A DNA stretch of 64,000 bases, taken from positions 41,788,001 to 41,852,000 of the forward strand of contig NC_088861.1 of NCBI RefSeq assembly GCF_963853765.1. Reading direction: 5' to 3'. Positions 34,053-46,691 of this stretch are shown one piece after another (within the stretch, counting starts at the first letter, position 1; the number at the start of each line of letters is the position of its first letter). The notes below the pieces were generated by a model. It made no database searches. It was not told the origin of the DNA and saw only the letters and a list, made by a program, of their open reading frames with translations. The translations under genes were made by a program, and so were the position numbers. The DNA comes from Magallana gigas. Taxonomy: Eukaryota.

Positions 34053-35927
34053 ATGCCGACTACAGCTCTGCAGAACGACCTGACAATTTGTTCTATATGC
34101 TTTGAAAAATTCAAAACGCCAAGGATTTTACCATGCTCGCATGTATTTTGTCAGAGTTGTATTTCATCCTTTATAGTGAGCTCATGTGAATCTAAAGAGG
34201 CACCTGTGGGATTTTTCTGTCCATTGTGTAGGGAATTTATACCATCACCAGCTCCTCTCCTTTATCCAGAAAAGTGGGCAGAAAGTTTGCCCATTTGTGA
34301 AATTATCGAAAAATTGGTAAAACTCGGTGAACCTAAACAGTGCCTACCATGCCAACGAGAAAATGAAGAAGAAATAGCTATAGATATATGCATCACATGC
34401 GATGAGCCAATTTGTGAAAACTGCACGAAATACCATAAACGAATATTGACGACAAGAACTCACCTTATAATTTCTTTTAATGAACCTAGCAGAGCCCTAC
34501 AACTCATCACAACTTTAAATAAAAACAATAGATGCCCCACACATCCTGATAAAGAAGTCGAGTTACATTGCAATGATCATCAAAAAACTTGTTGTGCACT
34601 CTGCGTTAGCACCGAACACAGGAAATGTTCCGACGTTGAAACCGTAAAGTCAGCTGCCGAGGAAGCAAAAAAAGACAAAAGAGTGAAGGAGTTAAGTAGA
34701 AAAATAAACGAATTTGAAAAGGAGCAGCTTACGTTTAAACGAAAGTATGAAGAAAACATAACAAAAATAGAAAGTAAGTCCGATAGCATAAAAGAAGAAT
34801 CCAAAAGAATCCGTAAGAAAATTAACGATCATTTGGACGAAATTGAGAATCAACACATGGGTGAGCTAAGTACATTTACTAAAAACAATAGGGATTTATT
34901 GAGGAAGCGCATTGATTCCGTCTCAGATAGGATTCACTTTAGTAGACACTGTATACAGAGTCTTCTGAACCTGGAGGATGCGAGTGATGCCTGCTTTATG
35001 AAGGAATACAATCGTGTCAGAGAAACCTTTGAGGTGCTGGAAAGTCAGACTATGAAAACAAAACTCGATTTAACAATACCAGAAGAACTTGCAGCCATTA
35101 GAAACCTAACACACTTTTGTGAAACTAATCTGTCACGATTAGAGGCACAACTAACAAGGAGAAGAAAATACATTAACATGTCTCTCTCTTTGGTTTATGA
35201 GTCTCGACTTCTCAAAGCCAATATCTGTAGTGGAACATTATTCTCTGACGAAAAAATCGTCCTAGCAAATCACAGCAGCGATAAAATCGGACTGTTTTTA
35301 TTGAGATTAACAAATGAATCATGGGAAACAGAAATAAACTTTGAATCTTACAATTGGTTTTTTGACGTCAAACATACAGAGAATAAAATTTATTCAACAA
35401 ATTGTAGCAAAAAATGTGTGATTATCATGACAAGCGATAACTTTAACAAGGTAGGTGAATTCAAAATGAAAGATGATTTAATGCCTTTCGGTTTAGCATT
35501 GAGAAGAGGTTTTCTCTTTGTCGCGTGTAGAAATGTAATCTTAAAATATTCTTTAGAAGGGTTGTTTATTTACAAATACAATGTGGAAACTGGAACACTT
35601 TATGTAACTGTGACAGACGTCGGGCACATTGTTTACAGTAATGGAACAACTGACATAGTGACTTGCATCAATGAGATAGGACAGACCCAATGGGAATACA
35701 AACACACCAGGCTTAAGAGTCCACACAGTGTTGACAGGGATGAGCTCGATAATCTTTTTATTTGCGGATCGAGCAGTGACAATATTCACATATTAAGTTC
35801 CAATGGCACACTTATCAAAATTATTGAGGATATTCCATGTCCAGCTTTTATAAAAATGTTTAAAGGCATTGATATGTGTTGTGTGTGTTGCAGTTGGAAA
35901 AATATCAAAATATATAGGATCAAATAA
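34053..35927 (+). CDS. TRIM-family E3 ligase, paralog 2, 624 aa
   Basis: Same RING-B1-B2-CC-propeller layout; N-terminus nearly identical to paralog 1; intact intronless ORF. Confidence 0.95.
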   Translation: MPTTALQNDLTICSICFEKFKTPRILPCSHVFCQSCISSFIVSSCESKEAPVGFFCPLCREFIPSPAPLLYPEKWAESLPICEIIEKLVKLGEPKQCLPCQRENEEEIAIDICITCDEPICENCTKYHKRILTTRTHLIISFNEPSRALQLITTLNKNNRCPTHPDKEVELHCNDHQKTCCALCVSTEHRKCSDVETVKSAAEEAKKDKRVKELSRKINEFEKEQLTFKRKYEENITKIESKSDSIKEESKRIRKKINDHLDEIENQHMGELSTFTKNNRDLLRKRIDSVSDRIHFSRHCIQSLLNLEDASDACFMKEYNRVRETFEVLESQTMKTKLDLTIPEELAAIRNLTHFCETNLSRLEAQLTRRRKYINMSLSLVYESRLLKANICSGTLFSDEKIVLANHSSDKIGLFLLRLTNESWETEINFESYNWFFDVKHTENKIYSTNCSKKCVIIMTSDNFNKVGEFKMKDDLMPFGLALRRGFLFVACRNVILKYSLEGLFIYKYNVETGTLYVTVTDVGHIVYSNGTTDIVTCINEIGQTQWEYKHTRLKSPHSVDRDELDNLFICGSSSDNIHILSSNGTLIKIIEDIPCPAFIKMFKGIDMCCVCCSWKNIKIYRIK

Positions 35928-36147
35928 AGAAGCTGTATATAAAACTATATTTAAAATATATTAGACGTCTTAACTATTCAAAAGGGAATCAAAAATATAC
36001 CATGTTTAATTTCGTGTTACTTTGACAAATTGATTTATTGCTTCATAATGATTTTTGTGTGATTGCGGTGTGACACATTTGTATCCTTGGAGATTAAGCA
36101 ATGTACCACGTCATACACGTGTACAGTCATTGAAAGCTTTTATTTCA

Positions 36148-36283
36148 NNNNNNNNNNNNNNNNNNNNNNNNNNNNNNNNNNNNNNNNNNNNNNNNNNNNN
36201 NNNNNNNNNNNNNNNNNNNNNNNNNNNNNNNNNNNNNNNNNNNNNNNNNNNNNNNNNNNNNNNNNNNNNNNNNNNNNNNNNNN
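36148..36283. other. Assembly gap (N run)
   Basis: 136 Ns. Confidence 1.
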
Positions 36284-37356
36284 AAGTAAGACTTTATTCT
36301 TAAAAGAGCATAAGTTGGTCGTAGAATAGAATTCACATTTTTATTTTCATTTGTTCATTTTTTCAATATTTAATTCCGTTAAGTTGAATCTGTACATGTT
36401 ACAGAAAGATAATCTTACAGTGACTAAGCTATCAAAGCCTTATGTTTTACAGTAAGAGCCCGACCCATATATTTGCAATGTAACATCCGAAAAGTAAGTC
36501 TTCATTTCTTGTAAGTTTTTGCTAGATATTTGTATGAAAAAAAGATAACTAGGTAATTATAATAGATATAATGCATGAGGTGGGGAAAATGTTTAAGAAA
36601 TTTGTTGAGTGAAGTGCCCACCTATTCCAGACACCCTTTTTAAAATAAAAAATGTAACATTGAAATGTAGAAGATATTTTAATGCATTTTTCATTACTAC
36701 AAAATTGAAAATCACAAAAGACATTCGCGTGCGCATGTAAATAATAATGAAATATATGAAAAATTAAAATTTTCAATTGAGTATGCCATTTTAAAACATT
36801 ATTTCATCGACATATTGTTCTGGGTAAAGGGTCCGAAACTGAAATTTAATCTGTTATATACACAGTTCAATTCTAACAAAAACTTTTCTCCACTGAAACA
36901 AACATGATTTATTAAGAAAAACTTGTGCAACTGAAATTTCCTTCCTCGTATTTGTTAATCATACTTTAGACCAATCAGCTTAGTGCAGTATCCATAACAA
37001 CAGATCAATACTAGCAGAGATTCAAATATTCTGAATGTTTATGAAGAACTAACAATCCAAAATCAGTGTATCAAATTGGTTATAATTTTATCATTTACTA
37101 TCTACAAAATGTACTGAGCAAACCAAGAATACGGTATTATTCACCTTTTTTCTTCGTTTGTGGTAAGAAATATCAGACACTCCGATTTCAGGAATAATAT
37201 ATTTGATTGAATTGTAATCTTAGAATTCTTTAACTATTTCTTGAAACAACCAGAAAAACAAGTAAATACCAATGCTCAAAGAGGAGTGTCCAAGTAAGGA
37301 AAAATACGACCTATTACCATGTATGTCGATTAACAAAACTAATAATACTTTCATAG

Positions 37357-37476
37357 GTTTGTCATTACTTTACTATGTATATTGTATAATTATGTATAAA
37401 TTACATGTGTATTACTGTTTGTCATTATTTTACTATGTATATTGTATAATTATGTATGAATTACATGTGTATTACT
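37357..37476. repeat. 60-bp tandem duplication
   Basis: GTTTGTCATTA(C/T)TTTACTATGTATATTGTATAATTATGTAT(A/G)AATTACATGTGTATTACT x2. Confidence 0.9.
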
Positions 37477-37626
37477 GAAGTTCCCTCAGTATTCGTGGAT
37501 GCCATCTTTTTCACCCTTATAACAGATAACAAGGCATGTAACACTATTGCCTAGACAATCCTCCTTGTGTTCAACAGTTTATATATACCAGACTTTGATT
37601 AAATTGATGTTTATTTTATTTATATA

Positions 37627-38437
37627 ACACTAGATTTTGACCCGTGCGTGCACGGGTTGACATTACATATAATATCGGATATTTACGAAATAGATACATC
37701 GACGCACCGTATATTGTTGACATTTGCATAATGCTGTTAATTTCACTACACTCTGCCGAGTTGGAATAATCTAAGTGTGCCTCGGGAAAGGCTTTCATCA
37801 CAGTTAAAATACCTCCCAAATACCCGTAATGTAGCAGAAAATTGCAGAATCGCTCCAAAACGATTTTGGAAAAGATTGATGAAGTTGCATTGAAAATAAA
37901 TTTTTCATAACAAACCATTTTGAAGCTGTAAATACCTTTCTTCGAAAAGTTTAATTCTATAATTGCAGAATTCAACATTTTTTCAACAACATTTTTTACA
38001 CACCATGTTGACATTCGAAACACTCGGGATTTTTTTTTAGTAAATGCAGTGTGTAAGAGTTATCTCCCGTATTTTCTTTGATGAACAGAAAAAAAATTCC
38101 AATGAAAATTAAAACGCATTTTTTTTATCGTTTTTGAGTTTATCCATGCAAATGTGATATCGTGGAAACATTAAAAATGAAGTGCATCCCGTGATTTAGC
38201 GTGAATGTAATGCGTATGCGCAAGATTGTAAAATCCAAAAAATTCAGATGATTTCCGGAATTTTTTGAGGATTTTTCGTTCATTATTAATTAGCGATTGA
38301 GAAAAAATAAAAACAAATTGGTAATCTTCAAGTACCATTGGTGTTTAAAATATATAAAACAAAAGACAGTACTCTTCCGATTTATCGGTATTAAAGCCCA
38401 AACATTCGAGTCTATTATTTTAATATAGTAGTATAGA
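37627..38437. mobile_element. Non-autonomous Helitron/Helentron-like element
   Basis: ACTAG start followed by the subterminal hairpin CCCGTGC-GT-GCACGGG (37641-37656); far end ...TTTAATATAGTAGTATAGA. Layout resembles invertebrate non-autonomous Helitrons (recognised by eye). Confidence 0.6.
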
Positions 38438-38949
38438 AATATTAAAAATGTAAAGTTGCATCGGACTTAAAGTTTTAGACAACAATAACTGTTAAATCAA
38501 GAAAATATCGTAATTTAAATTTTCAATATGAGGAATAAGAATGGTAAATGACAACAAAGTATGGAAAACATCAAAAAATGCTAAAAATTTTCAGTTTTGC
38601 CATTCTTGAAAAATATTTGACTTGAGAAAACTCAACGAGCTGACAAAACTGTTTAAAGAGGGTGATATCTCTAAGAAAAAAAATCAATTTCAGCCGTGAG
38701 GTATGCCGGTCCATTAAACTAAAAAAAGCGACTTTTCTTTCTTTGTCACTCCACTATAGGGGGTGTGTAGCGATGAGAAGAACAATGGAAATCGACAATA
38801 AGGCGGAAATCGGAGATATTCTTTAATATTTGGATATTGAAGGGTGTAGATTATTGACTTTCCACGAAGTGCATGATTTTTTGGAACTACATAATCATAC
38901 ATTGTCAAATGCACATTTTTTATAAGATCTAAAATTCAAAGATTCATTG

Positions 38950-39470
38950 AGTATGATTACATAAAAGTATATGAGAGAAAACCTAAGTGTGTGGGTCCTT
39001 TAGGTTGTGTGCAGAGAGGAAATGGTAAATATAGGTCAATTTGACTGATTTGACAAATAAAAACACATTTTGCTCGCCTCCTAGATATAAGAATAAGGAT
39101 GTGAGAGATCTTGCATCTTAAAACCTCATGACAAATCCATTTCTTTAGATATTAAAGATGGGTTTTACCATATACCTGTACATCCATTAGATAGAGAGTA
39201 TTTAGGATGCTGTTGGTCAGGTGTTTGTTATAGGTGGAAAGTACTAGTACTACATTTTGGCTTGAATTTTTCGCCTTACTTTTTAGCAAGTGTACATGTT
39301 AAAGTATTTTAGAGACATTGATCAAATTTTGTGTTGACGATGTCTTGCTGGGTGCGGCTAATAAGAATATTGTAGATGCTAAAGACCTTAAAGGGTTTGG
39401 GTTTTTTAATTTTGAAAAGTCACAGTTAAACCCGTCCAAAGGAATTGACTCCATTGCATGGGTACACTTT
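38950..39470 (+). pseudogene. Relic of a DIRS-type (tyrosine-recombinase retroelement) reverse transcriptase
   Basis: Manual translation: PKCVGPLGCVQRGNGKYR; SLDIKDGFYHIPVHPLDREYLGCCWSGVCYRWKVL..FGLNFSPY; FCVDDVLL; GF..NFEKSQLNPS. Broken by frameshifts. Confidence 0.78.
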
Positions 39471-40480
39471 TTCCAATGCACAGAATACTGTGGAATCATT
39501 AAAATTCTTGGGGGGGCAATTTTCGTGGATTGCTTAAAATTTACAGGTTCGTGGGGATGTAAAATCGCTATTTTTCAGAGATTTGACAAAGAACATGGTG
39601 TGTACATAACTTTAAAGAAATTTCTATCAAAAAAAAAGAGTCAACCAAATCGGGGGAAGGGGGTCCTGTCCTCAAACGCCAGTGTTGGCAATGATCATGA
39701 AAAGTACGGACAAAAGTAAATCTTTATCCAATGTTCATTGATGAACATTCTGAAAAATTCAGGCCCTCTTAATATGTAAATAAAATGTAATAATCTGTCA
39801 TTATATTCTTAATAATACAAAAAAGGAAATTATGAATATCGCGATAGACTTCATGATATAAAACAAATAATTTGCTGCTTTAAAAGCTTGTTTGACATCA
39901 GATTAAAATGTGTTAGTTTAAGTTTTATAAAAACTTTATGACCGTTTTATTGGTATCTATTAAGTACTGGGATTACTGTACTTAATCAAAGACAAAAACA
40001 ATTTTCTGATACATATTTTTTAATGAACGATTCATGTTTGTGTATTTTCATGTAATCGAAACAAATAGCAAAATTATTTTACATGATATTACTTTTCTGA
40101 CGTTGAATTTTTTTATTCTTCTAGAACTTTCTTGGCTTTCTTTTCCTTCTTTGTTGAAGGATTTGTGTTTGAATAATCTTGATTCCCAGTTACTCAAGCA
40201 TACTTTGTGCTTGGTTTGGTTGAAATGGCCCTGTGATTCTGAAGAAGAAAATTAGCTAATAATGAACAGAAATAAATAAATGTTTAGTTTGTCAGTATAG
40301 TGCTAGCATTGTTTCGACGATTTCTCTATAAAATCTAACTAATGGTGTTTGGGAAACAAGGCATAGGAATCCAAGATGACCATCCCTATTTTATTCTTCA
40401 TATCTTAAAAAATGCTGTACTGAACAAAACATGTATATTATGGAAAATATTAATCAAATGATGAATGTCAAGTCTTAACA

Positions 40481-40960
40481 AACAATAGGCCCAAGGGCCA
40501 CATTGCTAACTTGTAGCATTGCAGTTTTCAAGAAGATCTCAATGGATATTTCATTTACGTGTACGCATATTCCTACATCAAGCTTTAGTTTAAGCTTATC
40601 TGGGCAAATGGTTTTCAAGCAAATTTTGTATTTTTTAAATATTCCTTTGTAAAATATTCAACCCCTCACTGGGACCATATTCTATCCATTGGGGTCATAA
40701 TTTAATCAAACTTGAATCCACACTAACTTCCACACATTTAGTTTGCCAAATGGTTTTTTAGAAGAATTTTTCAGAAAATATCAACAAATTTTGCAATAGT
40801 TCTTAATTAATTCCCCTTGAAAAAGAATGCAGCCCTTCTTTATTTAAAACAAATAACTTGAATACCCTTCACCCAAGGAAGCTATATGTTAAGTTTGGCT
40901 GAATTTAAGCAGTTGGTTTTTGGAAATAAGTCAAACATAGGTAATCACAGATTACAAAGC
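40481..40960 (+). mobile_element. Decayed HINE/Helitron-N with an oyster satellite-like core
   Basis: Starts AACAATAGGCCCAAGGGCCACATTGCT. Core has CTTGAAT..CCTTCACCCAAGGA...AAGTTTGG(C/T)TGAA; a similar unit lies at ~40180-40255. Family is inferred. Confidence 0.55.
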
Positions 40961-40970
40961 TCAACGAAAC

Positions 40971-41021
40971 GAGGCATCACCTATATGAGGCATCACCTAT
41001 ATGAGGCATCACCTGTATGAG
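40971..41021. repeat. 16-bp unit x3
   Basis: GAGGCATCACCT(A/G)TAT repeated. Confidence 0.9.
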
Positions 41022-41149
41022 ACCATCTTTATAATAATATAATATGAAAATATGGATATTCATGGATACAGTAGTGTGGTTTGGCACAATAGCGTATTTC
41101 ATATGTTAAAAAATTGTTTGATAATCATATGTTCATTTCATGAAATATT

Positions 41150-41860
41150 TCAAATACTATTCATCAATACACTAATATAAAATACGATATTGCATCCAGT
41201 GATAATATACAATATGGTGTAATATGATGTATAAAATTATACAATATAATACGGTAATATAATGATACAATATGGTATTGTATCATATCACATTGTGTCA
41301 AGATATGGTATAATATCATATGATACAATATCATTTCATATATGATACATCATATGGAACAATATAATTTCATACAACATTGTATCATTTCATATGATAC
41401 AATCCCATGTGACATATTAATATATTATATAATACAATATCATATAATACAATATCAATAACATGATAAAATATAATATATAACAATATCATATAAAACA
41501 CTTTCATGTGATACAATAATACATCATATAATACAAAATCATTCTATTTAATATCATATCAAAATAATTAATACTATACGATATTGTATCATATTCATAT
41601 GATGAAATACTATACATATCTAAGTCATAAGATTTAATATCATGTGATAAAATAATATACAATACATATCATATTAAAGGATACAATATCATATATTACA
41701 ATATCACATAAAACAATATCATTTCATTATGCACAAAAAACTGATACAATATCATATCATATAATTTTTCAAAATAATATTGTATACTTTAATAATATCA
41801 TATCAATATATTATATATTTAATAAAATCAATATCATATGAATCATGTTATATCATCGGA
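41150..41860. repeat. Degenerate AT-rich low-complexity array (ATATCAT/GATACA words)
   Basis: Dozens of CAATATCATAT / TGATACAAT variants; very low GC. Confidence 0.8.
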
Positions 41861-41984
41861 TAACAAACACATCTATCAAGCATGTTTGAGGGAGGTAGAT
41901 TTTTTTAGCATCCTTGATAATGGAGATCAGGTTCTGCATCTGAAGCTACCCCTGCAATTCATTTATATTATAGTTAAATCAACC

Positions 41985-42637
41985 ATGCAAGTTTGAAATA
42001 GTACTACAAGTACTACTAGCTATTAATCACCTGACCTGTTCCTTAAAAGACTAAACTTCCTCCAGCATTTCAAACCCATTGCTCAGATTCAGCATCCAAA
42101 CCTGTAAGGTGCATGAGAATCACAAGCTGCATCATCCATGCAAGTTTGAGTAAGACTGAACCAAATATAACTAAGATTTGTTTATCAAAGGGCACCTGCT
42201 CTTAAAAACTTAAAAACCAGCTCAAAAACCTTAACCCTATCCAGCATCCGAAACCTATAGCTCAAATTCAGCATTCAAGCCTGTCAGGTGAATCGGTATC
42301 ATAAGACACACCATCCAAGCAAGTTTGGTGAAGTTAGGACCAATAGTAACTTTAAAATGACTGTCAAATGACACCTGCTCCAAAAACTCTAACCTGCTCA
42401 TAAACCTTAACCTCCTCCAGCATTTGACTTTCATGGCCCAGATTCAGCATCCAAGTCTTTCACGTCCATTAGTAGGTCCAGATGCATCATTCATGCAAGT
42501 ATGGTGAAGATAGGACAAGTTATAACTTAGATACAGGACCTGCAACAAAAACTTTAACCAGGTCCAGACCCAGACGCTGAGGGTATAGCCTACAGTAAGC
42601 CCCCCCCCCCCCCCCCTTCCTCTCTGTGAGCTAAAAA
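41985..42637 (+). mobile_element. HINE/Helitron-N-type element with about 3 tandem ~178-bp units
   Basis: CCAGCAT...CTCA(G/A)ATTCAGCAT...CATGCAAGTTTG recurs at ~42060, ~42240 and ~42417; ends in poly-C then GTGAGCTAAAAA. Confidence 0.6.
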
Positions 42638-43464
42638 TGTAATGTACAGACACAGGGACAAAAAGAATAATAGAGATATGGACATTGGACAAAATGTGAT
42701 CAGACAAGCTTATTTGAGCTTTCAGTTTAATTGAGATAAAGCTTGAGTAATTATAATAGCAAATCTAACAAACTACATTAAGCCTACATATCATTCCATA
42801 TAGATATAAGTATATCCAAGAGGGTTTTTTCAAATAATTTTTAATTTTTCTTGCAATTGGAATTCTTTTAAACTATACTTTGATCCTTTCCAGAACAGCT
42901 TGATCATTGAGTGCTCTTAAGTGTTCTATCTGTCCATTTGTCTGTTCACATTATGTCCAGAACATATTACCTCTCCCTTTGCCTATTCAGTCTCATACTT
43001 TACCCTAAGAGTATCTTTTGGTAAAGAGTGTGCAGTAACCTTGAACCAACTTTCTATATATAAGGTGAAATGTCAAAGCAAACCTATGAGTAAAATCTTT
43101 GTCTGGATATGTCATATATTTTGTACCTTTGATCCTATCTTGCTCAAATTTCTCATAGTGCTTGTGGTTAAAGACTGTGCATTTATACCCTGAAACAAGC
43201 TTTCAAGTCAATGGTTAAGGTTATACCAGATCCATTAATCATTAGAATTAATTTTTGGATTTTCTCTCCATCTGACCAAATTTTACTCAGAACCTCAAGA
43301 CTGAACTGTATTTTTCATCTTTTTATTTGATTTTTTTGCATTCACTATACATGTATTTGTAATTCAATAAAGATCAGTCAAAATTTGACATTTTTCCTAT
43401 CATTTTTGAATGGGAAATAGAGATTGCTCTTTGAACAAGAACAAATTTTGTCAGTAGACACTTA

Positions 43465-43995
43465 CAATCCTTGAAACGCTCTACTTTCCCACTTGAATGG
43501 TGAGTGAACAGCCAGCACAAGCTTAGCAAATGGCGGGCACACTCTGAGTGAACGGTGAGCATGGTAAGCACACATTATGAACGGTGAGTAAACACAGAGC
43601 GCAAATGTGAGCGCAAAAGTAAACAGTGAATGCACGGAAAACGATATGTGAATGCTATTTGTCACGAATACAAAATGAATGATTTATTTGGAGAGTCTCA
43701 GGAGTTATTCTTACATTTTGTCTATAATCAAGAAAAAATAACAAAATACAAGTATGTATTGCTATCAGCCTAAATTTAATATCAACCGACTGAACTATAC
43801 ATGAACACTGAATGAACGGTGAGTGCAAGTTGAACGCTATGTGAAAGCACTGAGGAAGCACACAGTGAGCACTTCGTGAACGATGAGTGCGAAAGGAGCG
43901 ACCAAAGAGTGCAAGTGAATGCATGGTGAACGCATGGTGAACGCAATGTAAGAGAATGATGAGTGCACAGTGAAAGTAGAATGTTCCAGGGACTG
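43465..43995. mobile_element. TA-flanked MITE (531 bp) with internal GTGAAC/GTGAG repeats
   Basis: TA|CAATCCTTGAAACGCTCTACTTTC ... GAAAGTAGAATGTTCCAGGGACTG|TA. Confidence 0.78.
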
Positions 43996-44745
43996 TATAA
44001 GTCTTAGATAGATACCAGTCTAGTACATTTTTTTATGAAAATATTTCATTTGTTCAAGCAATCACTTAATATTTTCAGAAGAAAAAAAATGCTTGAAAAC
44101 AAGCAATTTATATGAAAACGGAAGGAAAAGGTTAACTTTTTGATGTCATTTTTCAAAACTTATGGCATTAACTTTTTGATGTCATTTTTCAAAACTTATG
44201 GCATTAATGAATAAAACTTAATATTATGAAAAACATATGTATCTGTACAAAGAAAGCAAAGAATTACCCAGTAATAACAGTTAACTGATGATGTTCATTA
44301 AAGGGGGCAATATTAGGCCTTTGTCATATATAGTCTTTTCTTAATTATACAGTTAAAATTCATGTTTTTTTTATGCGCCTTAACTAGATTTCTCTAAAAC
44401 ATAAAATTACAACCTGTCAATATCCATTTTCAGGCTGGTCTTGAGCAAGAAAAGGCTTCCTCAGCAGAACAGCTTCTATGTTCGGCTTTCAAAAGTCATA
44501 AAAAGAATTGTTGAAAGATATGGAAAAATGAAATAGCAAAAAATAAAGAACAATAATAAAAAATTTGGAGACATTATTTTCATTTGCTATGTATTCCTAT
44601 TACATTGTATAATAATTAAATAACATGACTTATATAAGTATTAAATTAAACCTAATGATACAATTAAAATATCCTACATAATATTAGATAAATAATGCCT
44701 GATTGTTTACATGTGTACTTAAATGTGATAATAAATCACACTTAC

Positions 44746-45678
44746 CAGTCTTATTGTCCTGTTGAGTTATGTACCTGTAGACAAACAGCTTGTTGCTGTT
44801 GTCTGATCCAACCCAGAGATGATGAGTGTTGATATCATAACATAGGCTGCGTGGTTCATCTATGTCTTCTGATTTTGTCAGCAAGTATGACAGGAACTGA
44901 CCATTCTTATCTATTATCTGTATTGTGTTGGTTCTGATATCACACACCAGGATGTTTGACAGCGCGTCAGTGCAGATCCCACATGGTGATAGCCCTGATC
45001 CTGATGGATGTCCTGTATAGGAGAAACGATGTCTTCCTTCACGATCTGTCACCACTACTGCGCTCAAATCATCAGATACTACAACATCCCCATTGTTGTT
45101 CTCTGCTAAAAAGGTAGGATTTTTGTACAGTTCCAGTCCCCGGTCATCGTGTTCTATTGTTTGCGTAAGTTCTCTAGTCTGGTTGTACCGTGTTACCTTG
45201 CCTATATTTGTATCTTCTCTATACATCCCAACCAGTAGATCTCCATTAGACTGGGACCAGAGCACACAATGTGGTTCCCATTTAGATTCTGTTTTCTCTA
45301 TAATTGTGGTGGTTATTTTCATATCGTTTGACAGTTTGTTGATGTTATAATCTTCATCTATATAAATCAATTCACACTCACTATTTACAGTTTGAATTCC
45401 ACCACTATATATCTCAAAACAAAAATTCTTCAGATGGTGTAGAATGTCACCTGCGGTGTTTATCAAGATGATATTATCATCACCTACCCATACATGGTCC
45501 GATGTCACACAGGAAATGTGCTCGCAATTATCAACACCAGTCACAGTGAGAGAATGGAGTAACTCAGGGGAAGACATCAATTTCAGCAAACTTTCATTTC
45601 CTTCCAGTGGTTTTTCTGTCTTTGAGACCTGAATTTCACTCAGTGACTCCCAAATATTAAGAGCAGCTGGATTATGAC
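44746..45678 (-). CDS. NHL-like beta-propeller exon; either a second propeller exon of the upstream B-box gene or a truncated paralog
   Basis: Open frame; ITENNNGDVVVSD-like and GHPSGS.L.PCGICTDALSNILVCD motifs; TTGTAG acceptor at 45679 and G|GTAAG donor at 44745, both phase 1. Confidence 0.75.
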
Positions 45679-46691
45679 CTACAAACATGGGGTTTTTTTT
45701 TTAATATGTTGTGTTATATTAAATAATACATTAATTGATATAATTTATTTTCATTAAATTCAATTAACAGATTCTAACAGCTTGCTTTTGTACATGTATC
45801 ATTATAAACAAAATATTTTCTCTGCAAGTAAACTAGTATAATTATATATTGGATGTACTGTATTCATGAGTGTTGCAGGTACTTACAAAAATAAATAATT
45901 TAATACTGGTTGTAACACAGCATGTGATTTAGTTAAATTTATATAACCTGGTTCTCAGGCTTGTCACAAGACACTTCACAATGCACCACCGTCAAAAACA
46001 TAAAAATCAGCTTAATGGTACATTTGGATTTTGAACAGATTTTAATTTCATTTTCAAAAGTGAAACAAACTGAATTTGTCCATGAAATAGAGAAATTAAA
46101 TTATATGGAATTAACTCAATATCTACCCAAGTTATACTCATATAACCTAGGTTGGAGTTATGAACGCTTTCTTATAATGATCTCAACCTTTAATTTTAAT
46201 AATATCCCAAATAAACTATCATTTCTATGTGTTTTGTCGTCTAATTTTACATATTTATTACGTTTATGTTACTATTATCTTCAGATTACTGGCCGATAAG
46301 CAATGGAAATTATATGTAAGTTGCAACATCATGATCGATAGCTATTACACAGCACATGCAAATTAATCATGTTAATAATGTCCTACTTTTGTAGTAGTGT
46401 TTCTGAAAAGGAGAAATAAGCAAAGACAGGTGTCATATAATACTGTAAACGTACTACATTTGGCTGTGTATTCTAATTAGCGTTATTAGCGGAATGCATC
46501 TTCCTCTTAATCAAGTACGTCGCTAAATGCCATGCATATTTGTATCAGAATAGTCACAATCAGGAATACGCTAATTCAAATCCATGACCAACTTGTTGCA
46601 AAAACTAATTTCCGCCAAATATCATACATACCAAATATAAATATGTTTATAGTAATTTGATACCATGAAACATTGAACCATGCATGCTTAC

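Noticed and set aside
38640-38720. Possible TTAA-element terminus (…GTATGCCGGTCCATTAA)
   Set aside because: No matching opposite end was found, so no element could be delimited.
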